Assembly: GCA_907165135.1 (NCBI GenBank)
Contig: OU015569.1
Location: forward strand, 11,222,001 to 11,286,000
Direction of reading: 5' to 3'
Length of the DNA stretch: 64,000 bases
Source of the DNA: Oikopleura dioica
Taxonomy: Eukaryota; Animalia; Chordata
Shown piece by piece: positions 24,283 through 35,783 of this stretch; the stretch's first letter is position 1, and each line of letters starts with the position of its first letter. A program made the position numbers and the translations under genes. The notes under the pieces were generated by a model, which saw only the letters and a program-made list of their open reading frames with translations, did not search any database and was not told where the DNA came from.

Positions 24283-27200
24283 TCAAATTAACCGATTCTG
24301 AAGTCTTTTCGAGGAGCCTTGAAGCCGAACAATGGATTGGCTTGCTTTTGGAGGTTGAGAATGGGACTGAGAATGTCCATTATTTCGCGGATGGTGTTCG
24401 TCGGCACCGATGGATATTTGTGACGGAATTCGACTGCAAAGGTTCAAAAATTTTGTCGAAAAAATAAGATAAATTAAGGTTTTCTTTACATAATTTTTGA
24501 ACACTTTCCTTGAATGGCATTGAGAAAATTCGACTTTTTAGGGTCGTAGGCCCAGTCGTGTTGGGCTTCCTGGTCGTGGAAGAGTTTCCAAAGCCGGCGC
24601 GCTTCGAAGAACACCCCTCGAAACTGGAAACCTTTTGGATGCTCGTCGCTGTAGATGAATTCGGAGATGGCGCGGCGAGCCAGCTCTTGGAACGGCAAGG
24701 AGCTGTTTTCGGCGTAGTCGCAGGAGTCGAACTTGGTCTTGGCGATTTGCTCGTATCGAGACTGCAGAAGATCGGACTCGATGAACTGGGAGAACTCGCT
24801 GGAGAGGAGGGCGCGGAGGAGGTCTTTTCGAAGAGTTAAGAAGTTGTTGTGCTGTTCTTTGGAAACGCGGCGAAGGTAGCACCTTTGCGACTCTAGAATC
24901 AACCCTTTTAGAACCTTTTTGACGGAGGAACTTACTTATGCATGGCTCGAGAAGGAGGATAGAGCTCATTCGATCCAGGAGGCACCTGATAGACGGCTCC
25001 TCGAAAAGAGTCGGTTCAAGTCGACGATTGAACTTTCTCATGTAAACATCGGCAAAGTCGAGCAGCGTCAAATCCCTGTTTTCGTCGAGGAGCATTTCTG
25101 TCTGCCGCGTAAGGATCGACATTTTTTCTTTTATCGTCAAGCTCAGTCTCTTGTCGTTCGGTATTTCGTCGATTGTTACAATATCAGGAATGGCTTCAAA
25201 CAAGTCCTGAAATGACATTTTTGAAAATTATTTTATAATTAATCAACTTACTTGAAGTTTGGTGAATCCATAGTTGCTCAAGCGACACTGCCTGCCAAAG
25301 TGATGGTGGTAGTGTGGCACAAATGCGGTAAATGGGAGGCTGAACTTGTCGCAATCGCTGAGCAGCTCGGCGACCTCGCTGCCGAACTTTTTCGTGCGCT
25401 GGATTTCATCTGATGTCCGATTCTTCTTCGGCAGCGAGATTAATAAATCAGGCCCCTCTCCGGTCGTTTCCAAGTGTCCCTCGGGTACGTCGGACAGCAG
25501 ATCCGCCAAGTCGCACACGCCAAAGTCCGACAAACGGAAGTTCGTTTTGAAGTGATCCGAGTAGAGTTGTGGGTATTCGGACGCGTAGCAATTCCTGTCC
25601 GACAGCGATTTGAGAATCTTCACCGTTTCTTGAGTGAATCTTTTCACTTGTGCTCTGTGAGTGAGGGTGATGACTCGCTTTTGCGCACCTTCAGGACCGA
25701 GCACTTGGACCACGTGACTCAATCTGGCGAGTTGTTGAACTGGTGGAACGCCGGGTCGGAAGGGAACCTTGCCAAACTTCGCAGAAAATACGGTGTTCAA
25801 TTGAGAAAGAGCGACTGCTGATCCGTCGTGCTCCTTGAGAAGCTCTGTCAATTCGCGGCCAAAGTTGACGATCGATGGGTCCCCGAGAGGTGCTCTTGGT
25901 CGACTCGAGGTCGTCGACGACGAGGAAACAGATTCAGTGTCTCCGTCGGTTGAAGATCCTGTTTGAGCCCATGAAATGATCTTGTGTCCATGATGAGAGG
26001 TGATTATTTCGACGCCAGGGACGAAAGACGCCAAATGCTCGAGGTAGACGCCTTCTGAATTTTCGCCGCTGACTTCGGGAAAGTGCTGGAACTCTTCTTG
26101 CCAGCAAATATTGAGTGAGCAGAGTGGGAGAATGCCGTGGTGGTTTGCCAGTAGTGAGTGAAGTTTCGCTGCGAATTCGCGCAGTGAACAGTTGACTTTG
26201 ACCGGGGTCAGCAAAAATTATATTTTACAAAGTATTATGCTGGCTAACAGACAGTTTCGCTATGATTTTTTCGGAAGATTTGTGGAAAATAAGGTAGAGT
26301 TAACGATGGTTCTTTCTATTAACTATTTTATTTGTCAGTCTTTACTATCGATTTTTAACATATTTTAAAAATACAATTAGGCGGATTATTTAAATGCATT
26401 ATGGTTTTCGAAAATGATGTCTAGAAATTTCAGTAAACATTATTTAGTGATGATCCCAGCCTTTGACCATTGATGCATCGTAAACGGGAACGCCGACTTG
26501 CACGTGACGGTCGCAGTGTGGTTGAGAGACAGTGAAGGGGGATTGAGGAATGTTTCGTAGGTTTGGTGGCTTCTTGCGAATCGGAGTGGCCAGGCGCACG
26601 TTGATTTGGTCCAAATCGTGCTTGCAGAGGCGGCAAGGCGTACCAGTCTGACAGCTCTCGCAGGGATTTCGCCCACGTGACCAGACGGACTCTTCAATTT
26701 TCAAAAATCCAGGGCCCAGTCGTCGGAGATTCTCGAGCGTGCACGCTGTCGGGTCGTGGAAAACTTCGTTGTACTTGGCCTGCAGTTCAGAGAGCGACAC
26801 AGCGTTGCCGTCTTGGATGAGGTAGGAAACGTTCGCGCGGAATGCGTTCATTCGCATGTCGGATTGTTGGGTTAGCGTCACTAGAATACGCTTCTTGCCG
26901 AGGCGCGCGCGTTGACAGGACTCAAGCACGCTGGTTGCGTCGGTCATGTTGGGAACAACGACGTCGGCGGTCATGGTGAAGCGATTGTAGGGCTGGATGA
27001 CGAGGCGAATGATCTGCGAACACTTGTGGATCTTCGACGTCAGCGCTTCTTTGATGCCTTCTTCTCCTAGAGCGGCATCAATGTTCGTGATTGTCAGCTA
27101 AAAATGAAGAAGTTCGAAATTGAAATCAACGAGGACTCACCTTGACTCCATCGGCCAATTGCTGCGGAACTGGTGGAGGTTTCGCAATCGTCAGCTGCCG

Positions 27201-30014
27201 CGCCTTACTGATGGAACTTCCGCTCAGAGCAGAAGCGTAGCTTGGAGCGTAGCTAGAATTCGAGGAGCCGTAATCGGGTGGCATTGACGAAGACAGGCTA
27301 TTTTGAATTTGGGCCATTTGGCGGTAACCTTTTCGACGCTGTTCTTCTTCTGTGAATATCGCCTTTTCCCTAATTACAAAGTTAACAACGGATAAGTCAT
27401 CGTTGTCTTCACCTTATAGTTATCTTGTTTCCAAAGACATCTTCTCCATCGAGCCGCTTCAAGGCGCGTCTGGCCATGTCATGATTTCGGAAGCTAACGG
27501 ACGCGCTTTTGCCGAAGACGTGCTGAACCCGGCCGCCAGTATTCTCGAACAACTGACTCAGTCGGTTTCGAATGGCCGATTTAGGTAAGTGCTGCGTTGT
27601 TGGCAGATTTGATACAACGACCATCAGTTCGCAATCTTGAATGGAGTTGCGCGGCGGTAGATCAAGTGCGAACTCGGCGTAACTTATTCGTGTGCTTGTC
27701 GCGTAAATTAGCGGATCAGGAGCCTTAATTACAGTAAGAAGGGAAATTTAAATGATGATTGGTTAGTACCTGCTCTGGGTAAATAAGAACAACATTATAT
27801 TTCTTCCGATTATTTAGGTCAGCGATGTCGGGCACGAAGTTGATGTCGCCAGTTATGATGATGATAGTAGCTTTAAAAGGCATTCAAAATAGATTGTGTT
27901 TATTTCAATCTGACCTGGAGGAGGATGCTCGTCGGCAAATCGGCGAATCGCCTGTCGTAGTTTTTCGTCCGCTGCGTTTTTCGCTGTTCCTTTGATGTGG
28001 ACAATATTCACTTGCGCACTGTTGAGCTCGTCCATCACGGCTTTGGTCTCCTTGCTGGCGTCGCAGGCGACCATGAATTCTACCTCGCGTAGGTAAGTGA
28101 ACATTCGCTCGCGGATTCGCTGAACAAGGGCGAAGGCGCTCTTCTGATGCGGCACAGCGCAGTTTTCAATGTCCCAGAAAACACCGGCAATTTCCATTTG
28201 ATCCACTGGAACCCTGAAATCGAGAAATAGGAAACCGTGATGAACAATATTTTTGAGTACCTGTTGTCAACAGAAGACTTGTTGAATAGATTCGTCGCAT
28301 AATTCATTTTGTCTAAGTGATGAGTGTGGAAGAAAGAAGAGGATTTCGAATCTGGAATCGGCGGAAACCCTAACATAGAAGTGAGAAAAAGCCTAATGCC
28401 CTCAGCTAGAGCATGGACTAAATATGTTTTTCTAGAAATTGTCGATTTTTCAAACACCATAAATCTGCATTCTTCGTTGTTTTTTAATACTTTTTAGACT
28501 TGATGGCGATGAATCAATAAGAACAGCAAGTAGAAAAAGGTCACGTTAATTAAGATGAAATTAAAAAACTTTTTGCAGCAAAAAATTTGACCCATTCATT
28601 TTTTGGGCTCTAAAGAAAGCCCGGAAAATTCTGATTCGATCAGTCAAAATTTGACCAAAAAATACCAGATGATGACGTCACAGGGGACCTGTGAAGACCG
28701 CAAAAATGGCCATTTTGGGCAAACTTTGAGTCACTTTTTAGATGCCTTTCAGTTGGTTATTTTCGGCGTGAAATAGCTCAAATGAAAGCTTATCAAAAAT
28801 TTAAGGTTCATTTTTGATATTAAATATCATATATAAATATCATTATATAAAAATTGCTAAAATAAGAAATTCTTATTTTAGCAATTTTTTTTTCAAAAAA
28901 TTCTAGAGCCAAATTTTTATGGAATTTCCTAAAAATCATCTAAAATGGACCTTCAGTTTCTCCTGAGCTTCCATTTGACCCATAGAACACTAGAAATATC
29001 CATCGGAAAGGCTTTCAAAAACCGACTCAAAGTTTTCGGTTTTTGGTACTTTATGACGTCATTTGTGACGTCATTCTCTAGAAAATTTTCCTCATGGGAA
29101 AGTGGATTCAACTCAGAATTTCTCGCTCTTTCTACTGAGCTCAAAAAATCGACAAGTCAAAATTTCTGCTGCAAAAAGTTTTTTAATTTCATCTAACGCT
29201 TACCGGGAGGAGCCGAGCGAAGATAAAGGTTGCTCATCGATTCGGTTAATGACTTCGCTTGTTGGGAAGGCTGAACTTGAGGATGATGAACATTGTTGGG
29301 GCGACAGTAGGAGCGAGTATTCTGGCCATGGTTAGTCAAAGGAGGAGGCGTCGCGTAAATCATGGAAGAGAGGCCTAGAAAATTGTTTTAGCAAATGAAT
29401 GAGTACTGAGATGAACCTTGATTAGATTGCATGTAGTTCGGAGACTGATAAATATTCGGCGAGTGCATGTAAGGGTCAAAGGTCGGAGGAACGCAAGCAG
29501 ATGGATGCGAAGTCGGAGCGCCCATGTGTGGCCCGCGCACGGGGGTCATGAACCACGGGTTCTTCTGAGTTACCCACTCGGGCGTGTGCGGCTGATGATT
29601 GGGAGTGTGCGGTCCGTGCATATTTGGGCTGTGATTGTAGACGTGGCTGGGAATGGGGCTGTTGGCGATCGTCGGATGCTGGCAGTTTGAGCAGAAGGAA
29701 TCTCTGTTTTTAAGTTTCATTAAAATTAATCACAAAAAAGGTGTGGCAAATGAACTGAAACGATTCCTTTGATAAGGCGAAGCGTAGAGACCGGTGAGTT
29801 GTGAAGTCATTGGCCTCCCACAGGGGCTTTGCTGTACATGAAGAGGGTAAGAGCTACACAGAAAAAACTTTGAAAAGATGGTGTACTACTGTATTTACCT
29901 TTGGCAGGATTGGTTTGAAGACATGGCAGTAGAAGGCTCAGTAGACTGTTGGTAGTACTGAGAGCGATTGTTGTGGCCCTGGTAGGAAGGGTTCTGGTTC
30001 TCTTTATTCTCCAT
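24283..30014 (-). CDS. MARF1: Meiosis regulator and mRNA stability factor 1 (limkain-b1): NYN RNase + RRM + multiple LOTUS/OST-HTH domains
   Basis: NYN motifs [25 protein letters not shown] and ITGDINF; RRM (VVSNLP...[15 protein letters not shown]); LOTUS ([23 protein letters not shown]). Probable start MENKENQ at 30014; the exact last-exon frame and stop are uncertain. Confidence 0.92.
28553..29194. mobile_element. Foldback/MITE in a MARF1 intron
   Basis: TIRs AGATGAAATTAAAAAACTTTTTGCAGC and GCTGCAAAAAGTTTTTTAATTTCATCT, further imperfect arm pairing, and a central hairpin AAAAATTGCTAAAATAAGAA/TTCTTATTTTAGCAATTTTT. Confidence 0.8.
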
Positions 30015-30206
30015 TTTCTCGCGTTCGCACTTGAAAAGAAGATTTGCTTATTTTTACGAATTTGAGATTCGCACTGCCCGGGCGGTGACGGTGAATGAAA
30101 AACAAAAAAAGAAAACGAACCGAATCGATTTGAAAAACAATGGAGGGCGCCCCGCCAAAAATACTCAACAGAAGTTTTCAAGCTTCAACTTCGATCTTTG
30201 TTGATT

Positions 30207-31183
30207 TCAATCAGCAACTCTCGAAAATCTGTAAACAGGGTCATCCCAAGGACGAACACCAGGTTTAACGGGGTTTCCTGGACCCGTTTCTTTTAAAATT
30301 TCGTCTAATAAATTAAAAAATACAGTCAAAACAGAGCCAAAAGTCACCTGATCATTGCAGAATATCTTCTTCTTTCCACAGTAGTCGCAATCCTCAAATA
30401 TCCGGCTGACCATTTCGCTACCTCTGTAAAACACGAGTCAAATTTTCACAAACTCTCTTTCTCTGTCTCTTTAGAAAAAAAGGAAAGGTCTCGAAGAAGC
30501 GAAAACCTAATCTGGAAAATTATGTAGGTGTTTTTTGCGTTGACGATTTCTTCAGTTACGCAATGATTTATCCCGATTCGAATTCCTCAAAGGCATCGAA
30601 TCATTCAAGCGATAGGACCTTCGATACTTTTCGCCGCGGAGAATCATTTTCTCAGGGGAAAGATTTGATTGAAAATTATGAAAAAAGGGTTGATAGTGGT
30701 TCAATAATAAGAACTTACTTTTAGTGACAGTAGCTCACATTTCCGCAGCGTTTTTGGCGTTTCGGCTTTTCTCTTTCGTCGTTGTTGGAATTTGGGCACA
30801 AGAAATTGAGCAGACAGAGGAAGATATTGTTTCAAGAGTACAATTATTTACAAACGCAAAGTTATATGATGAGAAGGCAATGAAAGAAGGGAGCAGATAT
30901 AAATGATGACAAAATTCGTATTTTTCCAATAAAAATTTACAAATACAGCCTGTACTGTACAGGTGATTTATGAAACGGACTAATAAATAATTTCGACATA
31001 CGCTGGGTTGATGAGGTAAAGAGCTACGCAAATCAGAGAAACAAACAGAATGGCCAAGAGGACGATTACTTTCTGAACGATCCAAGAATATACAACACAG
31101 AAAATGATGCTGACAGCATCAAGAACTACAGAGTGAATGAACTCTCTCAGGAGATCTTCTTCTGGAAATAAGTTTGCGTTCAT
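30207..31183 (-). CDS. Hypothetical multi-exon membrane protein
   Basis: ATG at 31183 opens a strongly hydrophobic segment (AVSIIFCVVYSWIVQKVIVLLAILFVSLICVALYLI), with further hydrophobic ORF pieces downstream; exon chain not resolved. Confidence 0.35.
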
Positions 31184-31860
31184 CGTTCTTTTTTCTCGAT
31201 ATCTTTTCCTCGATGAAAAAATCAGAATTCTGTTATTTTCTTTTGACGTACTGCTTGCTTGTTTTCTTTTGAAAGCTGAATGATTGTTTGATATAAAAAT
31301 TCTGCGGCCACGTGGCTTTGATTTTTTGGACGATGCGAACCCCTATATTCATACTGATAAGGGCTGAATGGGCTGTCGGAATGTGACTCATCTTCTTCTT
31401 AGGTTGGATGATTTTACAGTGGTATTTCTGATAGAAAACTTAATGTTTTGATGTCGAGTTATTTTCTACAAAAAAAAGGGCGTTATAAATATAAGGGCTA
31501 TAAATTATAGGCTATGATGAAAGTCTGCCAGATATCCGGTTTCTTTGGCAGATTAGTTGTTTAAATTTTTAACTTAAAATAGAACTTGTCGAAAATTGAA
31601 ATCGAGATTTTTATTCTTCGTAAGGTTCAAGATAAATTCAATTATCTGTTCTGCTGTATGGAAATTATTTGAACGACAGATCGTATTGATTAGTGATAAA
31701 CATTTTCAAACAAGCGACTTATTCAGACGAAGATGTTGTTTGTTTTGCTTGATGGAACCACATGGAGCGTTGTTTCTGCCCTTGAAAAAGCAGCTCTCCT
31801 CGCTGCCCAAATCAGCATCAAACAAAGAGAGCAAAAACTTAAAGTTTAAACCTACTAAAA

Positions 31861-32672
31861 ATGAAGACTTTTGCTTTCCTTGCCGCTACTGTCCTCGCCC
31901 AGAAAAACAAGAACAACTACAACAATAACAACAACAACTATAACAACAACAGCAACTACGGCTCTGCATATGGCGATCCCCACTTTATGGTCTCTTCCAA
32001 CGACCAGCCAGCCATTTGCTTCGATTACAACCCAGAAGCCAACACGAGAATCGAGCTCCTCAGAGATCCAGATACATCTCTCGAGGTAAGAACAAGAAAC
32101 TTAAAAATTTCTTCAAAAAAAATTTTTTCTTCGAATTTTCTTAATTGAGCAATTTAGGTCTCCGCCGCTACCAAATCAACTGGCAACAAGCACCATGAAG
32201 ATCAAGTGATCATGAGCGAAATTACTCTTTCGACTCCTGGAGGCGCAAAAATCACCATGGACCGCGACGGTCTTCATCTTGACGCTTCCGCCGAAGCAGG
32301 CAAGCGAGATTCGTTCACTGGCGTCTTCGATTTCGCAGATGCGAAAATTGTCGAACACAAGGCGCCAAATGGAAGCATGGATCGAGCACACATCCAGGTC
32401 GGAGATGCTGTTTTCATCATCAAAGCCACAAAGAAGGGAAGCATGAGTTTCGCCATCCGCGAGCCACGAGGTCTTTCCCCGCTCCAGCGGCCTCATCGGC
32501 GAGTTCCTCGAACCAAACGCCTACACCGTCAAAGTCATCGACGAAAACAACGCTGAAATCATCCTCAACGGAGGCAAACTCGACGCTACTAAGAAAGACT
32601 TCCACCGAACCGCCGACTGCTGGGTTGTTGACGACGATCTTGCTCAATTCAATGACTTGATCAAGGAGTAAA
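31861..32672 (+). CDS. Secreted protein: short Asn/Tyr-rich peptide + GDPH + ITIH heavy-chain C-terminal-like domain (apparent frameshift near 32478)
   Basis: Signal MKTFAFLAATVLA, then GDPHFMV...ICFDY...IELLRDPDTSLEV, SSGLIGEF and DCWVV, matching the ITI-HC C-terminal pattern (DPHF..CF..L..DP / GLLGQF / CW). The last part needs a frame change in the C-run at about 32476-32480. Confidence 0.75.
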
Positions 32673-32797
32673 TGCTGCTGTTTTTTCTGTTCTCTTATTT
32701 TCTGACGCGATGTATTCTAAAATATACCAAAACGTACTTTAATTTTGTGTGTTTGAATAGAACTTATAGAATTGCAATTTATTGAAGCAGTCGACGT

Positions 32798-34975
32798 TTA
32801 TGCAAGTGGGTCTTTTGGCGCTTTCCAGAACTTTTTCTTCTCAATGACGCACATGGTAAGAAAGTCTGGGTACTCGCCGGCGGCCATGATTGCGTTGGCA
32901 GCAGTAAGGAGACACCAGTCCTGTCCGTAAGCGTCCAAGAAGTTGACCTTGTCGAGTCCAGTTAGGACGATTTGGACATCATCGGAACCCATGTTCTTGG
33001 TTGGAACACCTGAAAAATGAAGGCGAAGATATTCATTAAAAAATCACCTGATTTGAAGGTCCATGGAGTATCTTTAGTGATAACTTTGGTCAATTCGAAA
33101 GAAAAGCCTCCCATGGTGTATTTTCCGTCGTTCTTGAAGTAGGGGAAGTTCAATCGGTAAATGTTCTCAGTGTCGACAAGTGAGACTCCAACTTCGCCGG
33201 ATCGGATCTTCTTGAGGAAGTCAGCGCCGCAGACATCCTTGGTCCAGACAACGAAACCTTGGTAAAGGTCGGTTCGGGGATTGACTGGAGAGTTCTTGAC
33301 TTTGAATTTGTTGGCGAGGATGACGGAGTCTTCACCTTTGTAGATATATCGGCTTGTTTTTCGCTAAATTTGTTTTATCATTTCTTACAATAAACAGATT
33401 CAATCTTACCCTGTTCCATCTAACAGTCCAGTTTTCACACTCAGAGAGCATAGTTTCGTTTGGATCACATCGGAAGTTACCGTTGGTGTTCACGCAGATC
33501 TCGAAACTATGGCAATTGTGAGTACCAGCATCGCACTCATCGAAATCAACACACTCTCCATCGACACACGTGAATCCATCTGTGCAGGCGGGATCACAGT
33601 TACAAGTTGGAGGTTCTGTAGGTGGCTCAGTTGGCGGCTCAGTTGGTGGTTCAGTTGGCGGGTCAGTTGGGGGCTCGGTTGGCGGCTCAGTTGGATCACA
33701 AGTACCCTCAACTCGGCAGATACACTCAAAGCTCTGGAGGTCGGCGGTGTTCTGGCAATAATAATTGTCATCGCAGTTGTGATTTGCGCAAGGAGTATGA
33801 GTATGTGGCCCGTCACCAGGCTTGCAGGAGAGCTCCAAATCGTAGTCGCTCCATACGTAGCCGCCCTCGAACTCGCCGAAGTCACCGATACATGTGCTAT
33901 CGTGGTCTGGGTTTCCAGTGGAGTAGTAGGATCCACCTCCAACAGAGGATGCAAGGAACCAACCGTAGTTATTGGTCCATCGAAGTTCCCACACTCCTTC
34001 GGGACCTTCGCAAAGGTATTGATCCTTGCCATTAACGATGTCTCCGGAGGCAGTGCAGGTGGCGCTGGCAAAACCCATGCTTATTACCTTGCAGCAGCCA
34101 AGGTCAGTTCTTTCGTAATCAGCGCAAGTAGCAAGTCGACCGTCTTCGTCTTCGCCGTCCAAGCAATCCTTGAAGCCGTCACAGAGCTTGTGCTCGAAAA
34201 TAGGTCGGATGACGTCAACGTGATCGTAATGAAGGCACCTTGTTTTTGGTTCCATCGGATGAGTGTCTAGCTTAGCTTCGCAGTAGAGCACGTAGCCTTG
34301 TTCAGCATCGGTGGTGGTTAGAAGTGGGTGGGGATTATAGCTTCTGCCGTTGACGAGCGTGAACCCGCTGTACATGACGTTGGATGCTGGTTCAAAGGGA
34401 TGACCAGTGTCAATCCAGTTTGCAGGGTCGATATCTCCGACATCGCCCCCAGTGATCCAATCGGCCCAGTCGGGTCGATCCTGCTCGTGCATGTATCCAA
34501 TAGCGTGGAGAAACTCGTGGTGGATGCCACCAACAGCGATGCACCAGTTAGGAAGTCGAAGTGCTTGCCATCCATCGTGAATTCCGCTGACGCCATTGGA
34601 GCAACTATTGCAGCGACCCACGTAAGACCAGCAACCGTTTCCTTCGGATGTCTCACCGGCAATGTGAACACCGTGGGGGTAGGTGAAGTCGGGATCAAAG
34701 ACGAATCTGACACACCCCAAAGCTTTCGTGAAGTCGTCGAGCTCGTCGTGGATTTGCTGCCACTGATCTGCGGGAACAGTGTTTTGGATCGCGTATGGGA
34801 CGACGTATCTTCCAGTTGTATCCTCATCGAATTGCCAAAGTTTAGCCCAGGTCACAAGTCCTCGGCCATTAGGGGCTTTAGTTGGTGTTCCCTGGTCAAT
34901 GTTCATTTTTTCCTTATTTTGGCTCTTAACTCCCAAGAAAGTAATAATTGATACGAAATTAATAATTTTAGACAT
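32798..34975 (-). CDS. Astacin-family (M12A) secreted zinc metalloprotease with LDLa, Cys-rich, TEPP repeats, EGF/EGF-Ca and an unassigned C-terminal region
   Basis: HEFLHAIGYMHEQDRPD zinc motif, GCWSYVGR, Met-turn-like SNVMY, LDLa CDGFKDCLDGEDE, and EGF-Ca DFDECDAGTHNC. Short introns link the 3' exons to the stop at 32798. Confidence 0.88.
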
Positions 34976-35783
34976 TCAATAGCCTTCTCCTTTTCATAAC
35001 CAATTTTTTCGAACTCAGCAACCTGCCAGGTTTGAACGATCATATCACCATATTCGCCGTTATGCCAGTCTGGAAGGGTAACTGGAAATTTTGGCTCCCA
35101 TTTTCCTCTTCTAGCGGCGACCTAAAAGAACTTTTAATCTCTATCTCTCTCATTGATACTTACAGCAGCGGCCGTTGCAGCGAAAATTTTCATAATCCGA
35201 AGTTTTTCGATGCTCGATCGGTCAATGCTCTCCAAAAGTCAGATATAAATGAACCGACGCGTATCTCTGAAATCATGTTCCGCAGTTATCATGCATCGGA
35301 TCCTCAGCGGGCGGGGCTATTCGATGTTTAATTTCGATGTTCGAATTTTGGTCAGATTTGAAGTGTGATATTTTATTCATTGACTCCATAGGTACTCCTC
35401 TTTTCTTGCCTTTCTCTTTGCATCGAATTTTGCATGATTTTCATTTTTTACACTTTTGATGAACAAATACCTGCCTGAAATATTTTCTGAAATCAATTCT
35501 GTCGCAAAGTCGGCTTGTAAAATGAAAACTCCTGCAATAAAACTCAGATCATTTTCGGGGACTTTATTCGATATAATTGATCAACTTCAATTTAATAAAC
35601 ATTTTAGAGAGGCCTGCAGTTGGGACCAAGAATTGGGTATGGGCAAGCTAAGCGAGGGAAAATATACAATGGAGAGGGCAGTTAGAATTGTGAGGTAAAG
35701 AGGGTACATGGGGCAGTGTGTAGTTCGAGGTTGATATTTTATCAGTTAGTTTTTCTTGGCACGGGGGTGAGAGATGTGCAGGC

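Noticed and set aside
33490-34951. Long overlapping ORFs (193, 253, 207 and 169 aa) across the astacin gene
   Set aside because: Antisense or off-frame products of GC-rich coding sequence with no independent motifs.
35032-35331. 99-aa plus-strand ORF between astacin and Argonaute
   Set aside because: No domain, convincing start or splice support.
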